A DNA stretch of 64,000 nt from a virus. The position numbers and the translations under genes are program-made. Below, in pieces: positions 19,761 to 28,968 of the stretch. The stretch spans positions 14,947 to 78,946 of IMG/VR virus record IMGVR_UViG_3300035034_001897; one strand, given 5' to 3'. Position 1 is the first letter of the stretch. Each line of letters starts with the position of its first letter. The notes under the pieces were generated by a model that saw only the letters and a program-made list of their open reading frames with translations, searched no databases and had not been told where the DNA came from.

Positions 19761-19790
19761 AAAGCCTCCTTTATTTAAGGAGGCTTTTTT
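19761..19790. terminator. Bidirectional intrinsic terminator
   Basis: AAAGCCTCCTT-TATTT-AAGGAGGCTTTTTT between the convergent capsid and minus-strand genes. Confidence 0.85.
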
Positions 19791-19805
19791 ATGCAATACA
19801 TTTGA

Positions 19806-20393
19806 CTACTTAGTTCTTTTAGTTATAATAAATCTCCAATGAGAAACCTTCTCAAAGCAAGACACCCAAACTAACCTAGCGTGAGCAGTTCCTATTAACG
19901 TTTTGATAGTACAACCATTTTTTTTATCCCAACTTGATTTGTAAGACTCAATCAAGAAACTAAATTCTCTACGATCTTCAATCCACGTTCGCTGTACTTT
20001 AAGAACACCATCCATCATTCCAAAGCCAACTAATCGTTCAGAGATGTTAGATAATTTACTGTTGAAAGTTTCTTCTGCTTGCTTTAACCACAACAACGAG
20101 TTAATGTTTACTCTTGAAGCAGATTCTCGCTGTAAAGTGAGTGTGCGATTTAGATTGATGTAAGTTGAGTCGTGGTCAGAATAATCTTTCATTTTCTCAA
20201 CAGTAAACTTGATATCTCGCTCAATCTGTTTTTGGTTGTAAGAAACTGCTGAGTCGTAATATCTCTCTCTCATTGGACGAGTTTCTCTATTCATAATAGC
20301 ATAAGCTCTCTCTAAATCTTGCTTAGCTCTCTTTTGACTTGCTGTTAATTTTACTGCTTGACTTTTCACAATTTCCGATTTTAGTGTTAGCAT
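19806..20393 (-). CDS. Hypothetical protein (only clear minus-strand gene)
   Basis: 195 aa ORF with no + strand competitor; has its own class A promoter and a terminator. Confidence 0.75.
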   Translation of the reverse strand: MLTLKSEIVKSQAVKLTASQKRAKQDLERAYAIMNRETRPMRERYYDSAVSYNQKQIERDIKFTVEKMKDYSDHDSTYINLNRTLTLQRESASRVNINSLLWLKQAEETFNSKLSNISERLVGFGMMDGVLKVQRTWIEDRREFSFLIESYKSSWDKKNGCTIKTLIGTAHARLVWVSCFEKVSHWRFIITKRTK

Positions 20394-20404
20394 TTCTTTC
20401 TGAT

Positions 20405-20440
20405 ATAAAGATACTACCTTTATATCTTTCTCACAACAGT
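20405..20440 (-). promoter_or_regulatory. Class A promoter copy
   Basis: Reverse complement actgttgtgagaaagatataaaggtagtatctttat. Confidence 0.75.
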
Positions 20441-20527
20441 TCCTTAATTTATTTTAAAATAAATAATCTCCGAACATTTTTATGTATATTTAAACTCTAT
20501 AATTAATCAAAACAAAAAAACATTGTT

Positions 20528-21088
20528 ATGGCAAAAGTAAAAACAAACAAATCGTTCGAGTTCGGAAAGACAAGAGTGACTTCAGTAGAGACTTTAGAGT
20601 TTGATGATCAAGGAATCTCACAAGAGATTTCAAATGAAGATGCAGCATTGCTTGTGAAAGCATCACCTTCACTAACATTAGTGCAAGAGCAAGATCAACT
20701 ACCAGACCCATCATTAAACGAAGAGGGTGATGTAGGCAATAAAAAACTTGATGAAACTCCTCTAATCAAAGAAGTAAAGCAAGAAGCTATCAAACCAAAA
20801 GCAGAGGTAACTGACGCTATCGTAACAGATGCAGCAGATGTTATTGAAGTGAAAGGAGAAGTTGAAATTATCGAAGATGTAGTTGAGGGAGATAAGGTTG
20901 AAGTTGTTGAAACAGCACTTGACGATGCAATTACGCCAACATTCACTAAAGAGCAATTAGGTGAAATGGGAATGGGTGATTTGAGAGATGCTTTAATTAA
21001 AGCTGGAGTAGCTGAAATTGAAGTCGAGAAGTATAAAGGAAGAGAGATGAAAGATGAATTAGTTGACTTCGCTTTTAGCAAACTATAA
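20528..21088 (+). CDS. Acidic head-module protein with small C-terminal helical domain
   Basis: Position after the capsid gene as in SPO1-like phages; TATATTTA at 20485. Confidence 0.6.
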   Translation: MAKVKTNKSFEFGKTRVTSVETLEFDDQGISQEISNEDAALLVKASPSLTLVQEQDQLPDPSLNEEGDVGNKKLDETPLIKEVKQEAIKPKAEVTDAIVTDAADVIEVKGEVEIIEDVVEGDKVEVVETALDDAITPTFTKEQLGEMGMGDLRDALIKAGVAEIEVEKYKGREMKDELVDFAFSKL

Positions 21089-21870
21089 TGGCTACACTAT
21101 CATATTCATTAAAATCAAGTAAGAACGATTTGCCAATTTCTCCTGAGGAGTTGGCAAATCGTTACTTCTTTGGGATACCTATAAAAGATCCTAACGGAAC
21201 CGTAATGAATAATGCTAACATTGGATTTTATATCAATGCAGCAGTGCAATCTATTGAAGGACTGTTAAACATAAAACTAACCAAACAAGTTATTGAAGAA
21301 TCTTTATCATATCATTTGAATGATTATGCATCTTGGGGATATATTCCTACAAGTTTTCCAGTACTTAAAGCTGGAGGATTAGCAGGGTTTTTAGGAAAAG
21401 TTCAGCAAGTAAAATTTCCTGCACAATGGTTAAGTGTTAAAAGAACAAACGATCCGACTGGAGCTCATAGAAAAATACAGATAGTACCTACATCAGGAAA
21501 TGTTGAACACGGAAGTGTTGAGTATAGTGGAATAAGTCAATATATGGGATGGTTCGGTCAGCAAACAATTCCAGACTATTGGACAGTAAAGTATTGCACA
21601 TCGTTTGATATAATTCCAGCAGACATTGCAGATGCAGTAGGAAAACTAGCTGCAATTAACATATTCCATCAATTAGGAGACATTATTTTAGGTGCTGGTA
21701 TAGCCTCTCAAAGTATAGGTATAGATGGACTATCTCAAAGTATATCGACAACTTCATCAGCAACCAACGCTGGATATGGAGCAAGAGTTACTGGATATCT
21801 TGCAGATTTAAAGCAAGCGAGAACAGATTTAAAAAATAAATACGACGGAATAGCGTTAAGCATAATGTAA
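21088..21870 (+). CDS. Head-tail adaptor/neck protein
   Basis: YFFGI and GAGIASQSIGIDGLSQSISTTSSA..GYGA, typical of SPO1/Twort-like neck proteins. Confidence 0.8.
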   Translation: MATLSYSLKSSKNDLPISPEELANRYFFGIPIKDPNGTVMNNANIGFYINAAVQSIEGLLNIKLTKQVIEESLSYHLNDYASWGYIPTSFPVLKAGGLAGFLGKVQQVKFPAQWLSVKRTNDPTGAHRKIQIVPTSGNVEHGSVEYSGISQYMGWFGQQTIPDYWTVKYCTSFDIIPADIADAVGKLAAINIFHQLGDIILGAGIASQSIGIDGLSQSISTTSSATNAGYGARVTGYLADLKQARTDLKNKYDGIALSIM

Positions 21871-22670
21871 TGGGAGGTAAATCAAATAACTCATCAATAA
21901 TACTAACTCAATCAGCTCCTGATACGAAAGGAACTGCGAGAGTGGATTTGCGCAAAAGAGACTTTGATGCACTAATTTGGGGAAAATCTTATGAAGTATA
22001 TATAGATAAAGCTATCAAATGTCCGTGTCGCAATGTAAAGGACGGACAAGCTCTTTCTGCTTGTAAGAACTGTGGAGGTAGTGGATGGCTTTATATTAAT
22101 AGAAGAGAAAGCAGATCAACTCTCCAATCAATGAACGTTGACACTAAATTTAAGGAGTGGAGTCAAGAGATGGTTGGGACAGCTAAAATGAGTTTCCTAA
22201 ACAAAGAATCGCTGCAATATATGGATAGAGTCACTATTCGCAACGCAGTGATAGGTACACAACAAAACGTAATTTGTACTCAAATTGAGCAGTCGTTGAG
22301 AGCGAGAACTATATATCCTATTAAAGAAGTAGAGGAAATTTTTCTATTTGAATCGACAGACAAGCCTCTAATCAAACTTGAAGTTGATGTAGATTACACA
22401 ATTGAGAACAATAATTGGATCAAATTAGATGATAAATATGTTAACACTGAACATCCAACAATCTCTATACGATACAATCATAACCCTCAATATCATATAT
22501 TAGAGCTTACACGAGCTACAATGACTTCAATAGAGAAAAGAGACGGAGTAGACGTTGATAGCGCAATGCCTTTATCAGCTATGGTAAGGTTATGTCACTA
22601 TGTGATAGATGAGCAAAACTTTACAAACAACTTTCTATTAGACAATTCATATCAAAACGACTGTGAGTGA
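21870..22670 (+). CDS. Neck/head-closure protein
   Basis: KCPC...CKNCGGSG zinc-knuckle pattern of Twort-like neck proteins. Confidence 0.7.
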   Translation: MGGKSNNSSIILTQSAPDTKGTARVDLRKRDFDALIWGKSYEVYIDKAIKCPCRNVKDGQALSACKNCGGSGWLYINRRESRSTLQSMNVDTKFKEWSQEMVGTAKMSFLNKESLQYMDRVTIRNAVIGTQQNVICTQIEQSLRARTIYPIKEVEEIFLFESTDKPLIKLEVDVDYTIENNNWIKLDDKYVNTEHPTISIRYNHNPQYHILELTRATMTSIEKRDGVDVDSAMPLSAMVRLCHYVIDEQNFTNNFLLDNSYQNDCE

Positions 22671-23428
22671 TAGATTTAAACATAGATACTAGTGAACTAT
22701 CAGCAGAATTCAATCTAACAAAGCAAGAAGTTGACGGACTACTTACTTATAGTGTAGATGAAGTCTCAGCTCAGTTCGCTCAACAATGGGCAACAGAAGT
22801 TAAGTCAAGTTTAGCTAGCACTAGAAGTCAATATATTAACGCAATAATAATATCTAAAAGAGATCAATTTACAAATGTAGTGTATCTCAATCCAGCTAGT
22901 TGGTTAGCAAATGCAATAGAAATGGGAGCTAGTGCATTTGATATGAAGAAAGGACTTCTTGCATCTAAAAAAGTAAAATACACTAAAAAGGGGAAGCCTT
23001 ACATTACAGTACCTTTTAGATTTGCAACTCCTGATGCGATAGGAGAAAATGGAGCTTTTTCAGGAGTAATGCCTCAAGCAGTATATAAATCTGTTAAAAA
23101 TCAAGCACCTAAACAATCTTTATCGTTGAACAGTATACCTTCTCAATATCAAATTCCTAAGAATATTGGAATACGAAAACAAGTCAAGAGTGGTAACTTT
23201 AAAAACTTAACTGCAAAAACTAAGATGACTTCAATTTATGAAGGAATGCAAAAAAGTAAAGGAGGGTATGTTACTTTTAGAAGAGTTAGTTTGAGTAGTG
23301 ATGCACAAAGTTGGAATCATCCAGGTTTTGAAGCAAGAGATTTTGCTGGAACAGCGCTTAACAATCTCAACATTCCTCAAATAGTAGACGTATCAATCGA
23401 TAGTTATTTATCGCAATTAGGATTTTAA
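22667..23428 (+). CDS. Neck protein
   Basis: FDMKKG, YITVPFR, YVTFRRVS..S...SW.HPG; synteny. Confidence 0.7.
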   Translation: MIDLNIDTSELSAEFNLTKQEVDGLLTYSVDEVSAQFAQQWATEVKSSLASTRSQYINAIIISKRDQFTNVVYLNPASWLANAIEMGASAFDMKKGLLASKKVKYTKKGKPYITVPFRFATPDAIGENGAFSGVMPQAVYKSVKNQAPKQSLSLNSIPSQYQIPKNIGIRKQVKSGNFKNLTAKTKMTSIYEGMQKSKGGYVTFRRVSLSSDAQSWNHPGFEARDFAGTALNNLNIPQIVDVSIDSYLSQLGF

Positions 23429-23429
23429 T

Positions 23430-24104
23430 ATGGCACTAATTATTCCAGAAGTTCAGTTATGCACAATCATAGATGCATTATTGAAACACATTAAGTTAGA
23501 TTTTGAAGCAAAGGTAGTTACGCCTGAGAAGTCTTTACTATATAATTATTTCAATGGAATTGTTGACCATAAAAAAGATTACTATAAAGAGGCTGTAGAT
23601 TTATTTACTAGAGAAGCAGATCATCCTAGACTAATAGAAACGAGATTAGCATTCGATGCAGAGCGAGCTAAAATTCCTACAATACATATTACTATGCCTA
23701 GCGATCAAACTGGTCAAAATAGCTTAGGAATAGGAGAGTCGGGAATGGCAGATTATGTTAATTATATTGATGGTGAGGTTAGTGTTGAATATGAAAGAAG
23801 ATTTGATACTCAATATCAAATTGTATGCACATCTGATCAACATTCAGAAGTGATGTTGATGTATCATTTGGTTAGAGCTGGATTAATTAGTATATTAGAC
23901 ACTTTCTCATTAACTGGATTAGAAGATCCAAAATTGTCGGGTCAAGAATTAAAAATAAATCCTGATTTAATGCCATCTCATATATTTATGAGAGCGATTG
24001 GAGTAAGTTTTTCTTACGAAATTAAAGTATCTAGGTGGTGGAATGAGGATATAATAAACGATCTTTGTTTAGATCAAAATCAAATATACGATAATGAGCA
24101 ATAA
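23430..24104 (+). CDS. Tail completion/terminator-like protein
   Basis: Synteny immediately before the sheath region. Confidence 0.55.
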   Translation: MALIIPEVQLCTIIDALLKHIKLDFEAKVVTPEKSLLYNYFNGIVDHKKDYYKEAVDLFTREADHPRLIETRLAFDAERAKIPTIHITMPSDQTGQNSLGIGESGMADYVNYIDGEVSVEYERRFDTQYQIVCTSDQHSEVMLMYHLVRAGLISILDTFSLTGLEDPKLSGQELKINPDLMPSHIFMRAIGVSFSYEIKVSRWWNEDIINDLCLDQNQIYDNEQ

Positions 24105-24333
24105 TAAAATCACAGTAAAGGAGTATGTGAGAGTAAATGGATACTCAGATGCATCGACTCTATATGTAATTGGGAAAAAGTACAGTAAAGATACAGTCAA
24201 AACATCTAAACAATGGGAGAGTCAATTGCTGAAAGATAAGGTCATAGATAAGACTTCATCTGTAGTTGAAGAAGAGATTGTAGATGTAGTTGAAGAAAAA
24301 ACTCCCTTAAAGCAAAGCGAATCTGCAAAATAA
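24094..24333 (+). CDS. Small hypothetical protein
   Basis: Small gene preceding the sheath, as in SPO1-like phages. Confidence 0.55.
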   Translation: MSNNKITVKEYVRVNGYSDASTLYVIGKKYSKDTVKTSKQWESQLLKDKVIDKTSSVVEEEIVDVVEEKTPLKQSESAK

Positions 24334-24362
24334 TTTTTATTTTTAGCAAAAATTAAACCTCT

Positions 24363-25994
24363 ATGGCAACTCAACATAATTTTAATGGTAGAATCATTAA
24401 ACTACCTGGATCTTATTCAGAAACTAAATCTGGGATAAATAATCCACCAGTACAGACTACTTACGGAAATGTAATCATCATTGACGATAATGCAACCAAT
24501 CCTTATGGAGGTGGTGCTGGAATTGATGGTCAAGGAGAAAATGGCGAAGGTTCTGTATATGGCTTCGATAACATTAGAGATCTACGTGAATTTGTCGGAG
24601 GAGGAGTGTTGTGGGATTTAGCGGCACCACTATTCAAGCCATTTGGATCTGGATCTAATGGAGCTAGTAAAGTGTATGTAGTTAGAGCACTAACTACAAC
24701 ACAAGCGTCTTATGATCTAGCTCTTACCGGAGGAACGATTACATTAAAAGTAAAGCACGAAGGTTTGGTAGGTAATGGAGTTGAAGGAGTAACTGATCAA
24801 CTAACACAAGGATTCGCAATTACAATGGAAGCTGGAGTAGTTGACTCGACTAAATTTAGATTTAAGTTCTGGAGAGGAACTTATAAAGGACTAGATTCAG
24901 AAGGGAATATTTTAGATAATCTTTCACAACAAGATTCTGCACCAAAATTAATCACGACTTCAAGAGAAGTATCAACTTTAACTGAACTTAAAGAGTGGGC
25001 AGCGATAGATTTCGATTTCGGAAACAATTTCGATATATCTGCTGATGCAATTACGTCAGACACCATAATCGCAGCAGACTTAACAACAACAAGCGGTAAT
25101 CAATTGTTTGCTGGAGCTACTCAGACTGCTAGTGTAGCAGCAATGCAAAGTACACTTGACAGTATTAAAAAAACAGACTATACATTTACATTATCACTTG
25201 ACAGTGAGGCAAATATTGCAAGTGCAAATAACTTAAAACAGGTATTTCATCTACAAAATGAAGCTAGGTATCAAAAATACTTAATTGTTGGTGGAGGAAA
25301 TGATAAAAACACTTTTGCTACTCAATCAATTGCGTCAGCAAAAGTGTTTAATACTACTAGAGTGATTGTTGTTCACGGAGGATGTCTTGTTGAAGATGGA
25401 TTGAGATTGAGAAAAAAGAATTCTTTATATAAAGCAGCGCTTGTCTTAGGTAGAACTTGCGGATTAGAGCCACAAATACCAATTACATTTAAAGGACTTG
25501 CAATTGCTGGAGAAATTCACAAAATGACAGATAAGGAGCGTACAGTTGCACTAGATGCAGGTGTATTAACAACTTATTTTGACAGTGAGTTGAATGATGG
25601 AGGATTGTTTGCAATTACGCAAGGAATCAATACACTGCAAAATAACAGCAATGTCGTTAATAGCGATGGAACCTCACACTTAGTGTCTGTAGAAAGAATT
25701 GCTGCTTCATTAAATAAATCGATTGAAGTCAATTCAAAAAAGAAGCTATTAGGAAATCAAAGTGAAGGACCTAACAGATCTACGTTAAGCACTGAAATTG
25801 TTAAAGAGTGGGTTGAAAATCACCTGAGAACAAAAGAAGCTACTCCTACAGTAGATAATTTAATTATCAGTTGGAAAGATGTTACAGTAACAGTAGAACA
25901 AGACGCTTATAAGATTAGATACGCATTTGAACCAAACTTTGAAGTAAACAAACTATTTTTCACTGGATTGATTATCGATCCAAACATATCATAA
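24363..25994 (+). CDS. Contractile tail sheath protein
   Basis: FNGRIIKLPGSYS N-terminus; PITFKGL, AGVL and ITQGINT sheath motifs. Confidence 0.9.
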   Translation: MATQHNFNGRIIKLPGSYSETKSGINNPPVQTTYGNVIIIDDNATNPYGGGAGIDGQGENGEGSVYGFDNIRDLREFVGGGVLWDLAAPLFKPFGSGSNGASKVYVVRALTTTQASYDLALTGGTITLKVKHEGLVGNGVEGVTDQLTQGFAITMEAGVVDSTKFRFKFWRGTYKGLDSEGNILDNLSQQDSAPKLITTSREVSTLTELKEWAAIDFDFGNNFDISADAITSDTIIAADLTTTSGNQLFAGATQTASVAAMQSTLDSIKKTDYTFTLSLDSEANIASANNLKQVFHLQNEARYQKYLIVGGGNDKNTFATQSIASAKVFNTTRVIVVHGGCLVEDGLRLRKKNSLYKAALVLGRTCGLEPQIPITFKGLAIAGEIHKMTDKERTVALDAGVLTTYFDSELNDGGLFAITQGINTLQNNSNVVNSDGTSHLVSVERIAASLNKSIEVNSKKKLLGNQSEGPNRSTLSTEIVKEWVENHLRTKEATPTVDNLIISWKDVTVTVEQDAYKIRYAFEPNFEVNKLFFTGLIIDPNIS

Positions 25995-25998
25995 TATT

Positions 25999-26478
25999 AT
26001 GGCAGAGAAAGTATTAACAGCACCACTAGCAATAGTAAAAGTTGACGGGATTACAGTAGGTAAAATGCGTAATATCACATGTACAGAGACCTACCGTAGA
26101 GGTCGTGTTAGTGGATTAGGAGAGTTAACTCCCCAAGAATTGCCAGCAACAGAATGGAATGGCACGATGACTTGTGAATTTTATGAAGTAGATTTCAGTA
26201 AAACTGGAATCCCAGAAGGAATTAAGCGTAGAGCTGGTTCACTGCAAGACTTTGTTGACAACATCTTACTTCAAGAAGAAGGTGTAGACGTTACTATCTA
26301 TAAAAAAGTTAACGCAGGAACTGACCCTCAAACTGGACTAATTCAAGGAACTTTAAGAAAGCATGCAACAATTAAAGGATGCTTTATTGATAGAGAAGGA
26401 TTGAATATAGCAGAAGGTCAGATATCTTCACACAATCAAGACTTTACATACGTAAACCCTATACTGTTTTCAGTATAA
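25999..26478 (+). CDS. Tail tube protein
   Basis: VGKMRNI...VSGLGELTPQE; follows the sheath. Confidence 0.85.
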   Translation: MAEKVLTAPLAIVKVDGITVGKMRNITCTETYRRGRVSGLGELTPQELPATEWNGTMTCEFYEVDFSKTGIPEGIKRRAGSLQDFVDNILLQEEGVDVTIYKKVNAGTDPQTGLIQGTLRKHATIKGCFIDREGLNIAEGQISSHNQDFTYVNPILFSV

Positions 26479-26496
26479 TAAAAATAGAATCGTAAT

Positions 26497-26889
26497 ATGA
26501 CAACCCCTAGCACAACGCCTTTAACTATAAACGTTAAAGGCAACAACTACACTGTAGAGAGAATTACTGTTGGTAATTTGATGGATATTGAAATCATCAA
26601 AGCTCAGCTATGTAAAGGTCAATACGGAAGCATCTTATCTAACAGAACTCAATGGTCAGAATACACGTTAGACAACGTAGATATGTTCGCACATCTAATG
26701 TCATTCTTTCCAACACTAATTACAGCTCTAAAAGTTGAAAGTTGGGAGCAGTTAGATCCATTTGACGTTGAAGAGTTAAAGAAAATATATCAAGAAGAAT
26801 TTGTTGTTTGGTTCAAGAATTTCTCTCAAGTGTTGAAAAACCCAAAAGGAGAAGACAAAGCTGAACAAAATGAATCTACTGCAAAGTAA
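26497..26889 (+). CDS. Tail assembly chaperone
   Basis: Size and position between tube and tape measure. Confidence 0.6.
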   Translation: MTTPSTTPLTINVKGNNYTVERITVGNLMDIEIIKAQLCKGQYGSILSNRTQWSEYTLDNVDMFAHLMSFFPTLITALKVESWEQLDPFDVEELKKIYQEEFVVWFKNFSQVLKNPKGEDKAEQNESTAK

Positions 26890-27241
26890 CCCCTCATCTC
26901 AAGTAATATCAGATATCCGTCGCTCAATTAAGCGATGGAATGTTCTGTATCCATTAGATAAATGGTATAGAGATAAATACAATATTCAATACAATTCAAT
27001 ACAACATCGACAACTAGACGTTATTAACATAAGAGTTGAGTTTGAAGAACACGTGTTATATGTTGAGTCTATGAGAGAGTTGTCTAGAGAGTCTAATAAA
27101 GCTAAGTATAAACCAGGATATGGTGATTGGCTAGTTAAACAAACAATGCAAGAAGACCTCTCCCAAGAAGAAGTTGAGTATATTTACGATAAAATCGATA
27201 TCAGTAAACTCGAAGGAGATCCTGACGAAATCAAAATTTAA
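26870..27241 (+). CDS. Second tail assembly chaperone-like protein
   Basis: Position immediately before the tape measure gene. Confidence 0.5.
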   Translation: MNLLQSNPSSQVISDIRRSIKRWNVLYPLDKWYRDKYNIQYNSIQHRQLDVINIRVEFEEHVLYVESMRELSRESNKAKYKPGYGDWLVKQTMQEDLSQEEVEYIYDKIDISKLEGDPDEIKI

Positions 27242-28968
27242 TGAAAAGAGAGATAGTTTTTTCAGCTCGTGACAATGGCGTTACGAGTTTTATGGATAAA
27301 ATGAAGCGATCAGCAGTAGATGTTGGACGTGGAATCTTGCAAGACTCTGTTGACCAATCTAGTAGCGCTAAAGAAGCTATCAAAAACTACGAAGCTCAAA
27401 TTTCATTAATTGAGAAGAAAAATAGACTTCAAAGAGATGCTTCAAGAATTGCTGCTGAACAAAGTCGAGATCGTAAGATGTCTGGAGCAGACAGTGAACT
27501 TGATAGAAAGAAAGCTACAAGTGATTTTAGGTCAGAAGTAAAGGATATAAATTCAAGTGCAAAAGAGGATCAGTTACAAGTCGAACTTTTAAGAGAGTTA
27601 ATTAGGACTGTAAAAAACACAGCCAATCAAGAATTACGCTCAGATAGTGTCAATTCACAACGAGAATCTGACGATCTAGAAAGATATTTAGGTGATGAAG
27701 ATTCGTCAGAATTCAGGAATGTAGCGAATAGACTAAGAGATGAGTCTACACCAACACAAGATAGTGATAGTAAAGTAAGTTCTAGCAACAATTTAGTTGC
27801 TGGTGCTAGTAGTATTGCAAATCAACAAGAAGGTACTGGAGCAATTCAACGTACGTTAGATGCAGTAGGAAAAGGTCCTATATTAGGAACAATTGCAGGA
27901 ATTGTAGCGATTGCAGTAGCTGGATTAAACATAAGAGCACAACGAGAGAAGTCAGCAGAAAAACTTGCTGGAATGACTGGAATTGATAACAGATCAATTC
28001 TCAATTCTCAATTAGGGAGTACAGACTTCTTTAACGGTTACGGTCCAAATACTCTAGGTGTATCACGAGAAGAATTTTTAGGTCAGTATGTGCCTGGAAC
28101 TATGCAGGCTAGTGGAACTATGAAGAGTGGTGGGTATAGAGCTATGCGAAATCTTGAGCTAGAAAAAGCTCTTGGATTAGATGGTGGAACTGCCGACTCA
28201 ATGACTAGATTAGGTAGGGCAGCTGGAGATCTAGATTCTCATAAAATGGCAAATGCTGTATATAGCTCTATGTATGGCACTGGCGCTTTTGGTTCTGATA
28301 ATAATGATATGACGCGAATGCAAGATTTGCTGTCAGGTCTTACTGGATTTGGAGAAGGAGAGCTTGCAAGAGCAGGTGTAGTTACTGGAGGAGGAACTTT
28401 ACAGTTACGTAGAGGGTTAGAGCAATTAGGTGGCAGATTTACTAGAGACGACTACTCTCTTCAAACAATGCAAGGGTTGAATGCTGGATTAACTAGTGAG
28501 GGATCTCCAGAAGCTCGTGCAATTAAATTTGATGTTCTTAGAAGACAGAATCCTAATATGAGTATGTTTGAATTGCAAAATCAAATGGATCAAGGGATCA
28601 ACTCTAAAGGATATTTGCAAGGAATGCTTGACTTTGTTAAAGGCACAGGAGGAGATCTAAACTCTCAATCTTTTCTACTTGACGGATTGACTGGAGGTCA
28701 GATGAGAGGGAAAGATATTACAAGTATCTTAAAGGGAGATCTATCGTTAGAAGAGTATGATAAGAAAGATTTAGGAATTAAAGATAGAGCCTACAATTGT
28801 ACTTCACGAGCGAACGAACAGCTACTAAACTTTACAGAACAGTTCAAAGACTTAATGAGTGGCATAGGAGGAGGAGTAGAATCTGCACTAGAAACTTTAA
28901 AAGGAATTGACACCACAATGAAAAGTATGGAAAAAGGGATAAATAAATTAGTAGAAGCAATAAACTAA
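27241..28968 (+). CDS. Tape measure protein
   Basis: Helical, Gly/Ala-rich, with a hydrophobic segment; synteny. Confidence 0.7.
   Translation: MKREIVFSARDNGVTSFMDKMKRSAVDVGRGILQDSVDQSSSAKEAIKNYEAQISLIEKKNRLQRDASRIAAEQSRDRKMSGADSELDRKKATSDFRSEVKDINSSAKEDQLQVELLRELIRTVKNTANQELRSDSVNSQRESDDLERYLGDEDSSEFRNVANRLRDESTPTQDSDSKVSSSNNLVAGASSIANQQEGTGAIQRTLDAVGKGPILGTIAGIVAIAVAGLNIRAQREKSAEKLAGMTGIDNRSILNSQLGSTDFFNGYGPNTLGVSREEFLGQYVPGTMQASGTMKSGGYRAMRNLELEKALGLDGGTADSMTRLGRAAGDLDSHKMANAVYSSMYGTGAFGSDNNDMTRMQDLLSGLTGFGEGELARAGVVTGGGTLQLRRGLEQLGGRFTRDDYSLQTMQGLNAGLTSEGSPEARAIKFDVLRRQNPNMSMFELQNQMDQGINSKGYLQGMLDFVKGTGGDLNSQSFLLDGLTGGQMRGKDITSILKGDLSLEEYDKKDLGIKDRAYNCTSRANEQLLNFTEQFKDLMSGIGGGVESALETLKGIDTTMKSMEKGINKLVEAIN

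Noticed and set aside
26830-26889. Programmed -1 frameshift between the two tail chaperone ORFs
   Set aside because: The second ORF is in the +1 frame with its own ATG, and there is no canonical X XXY YYZ heptamer in frame.
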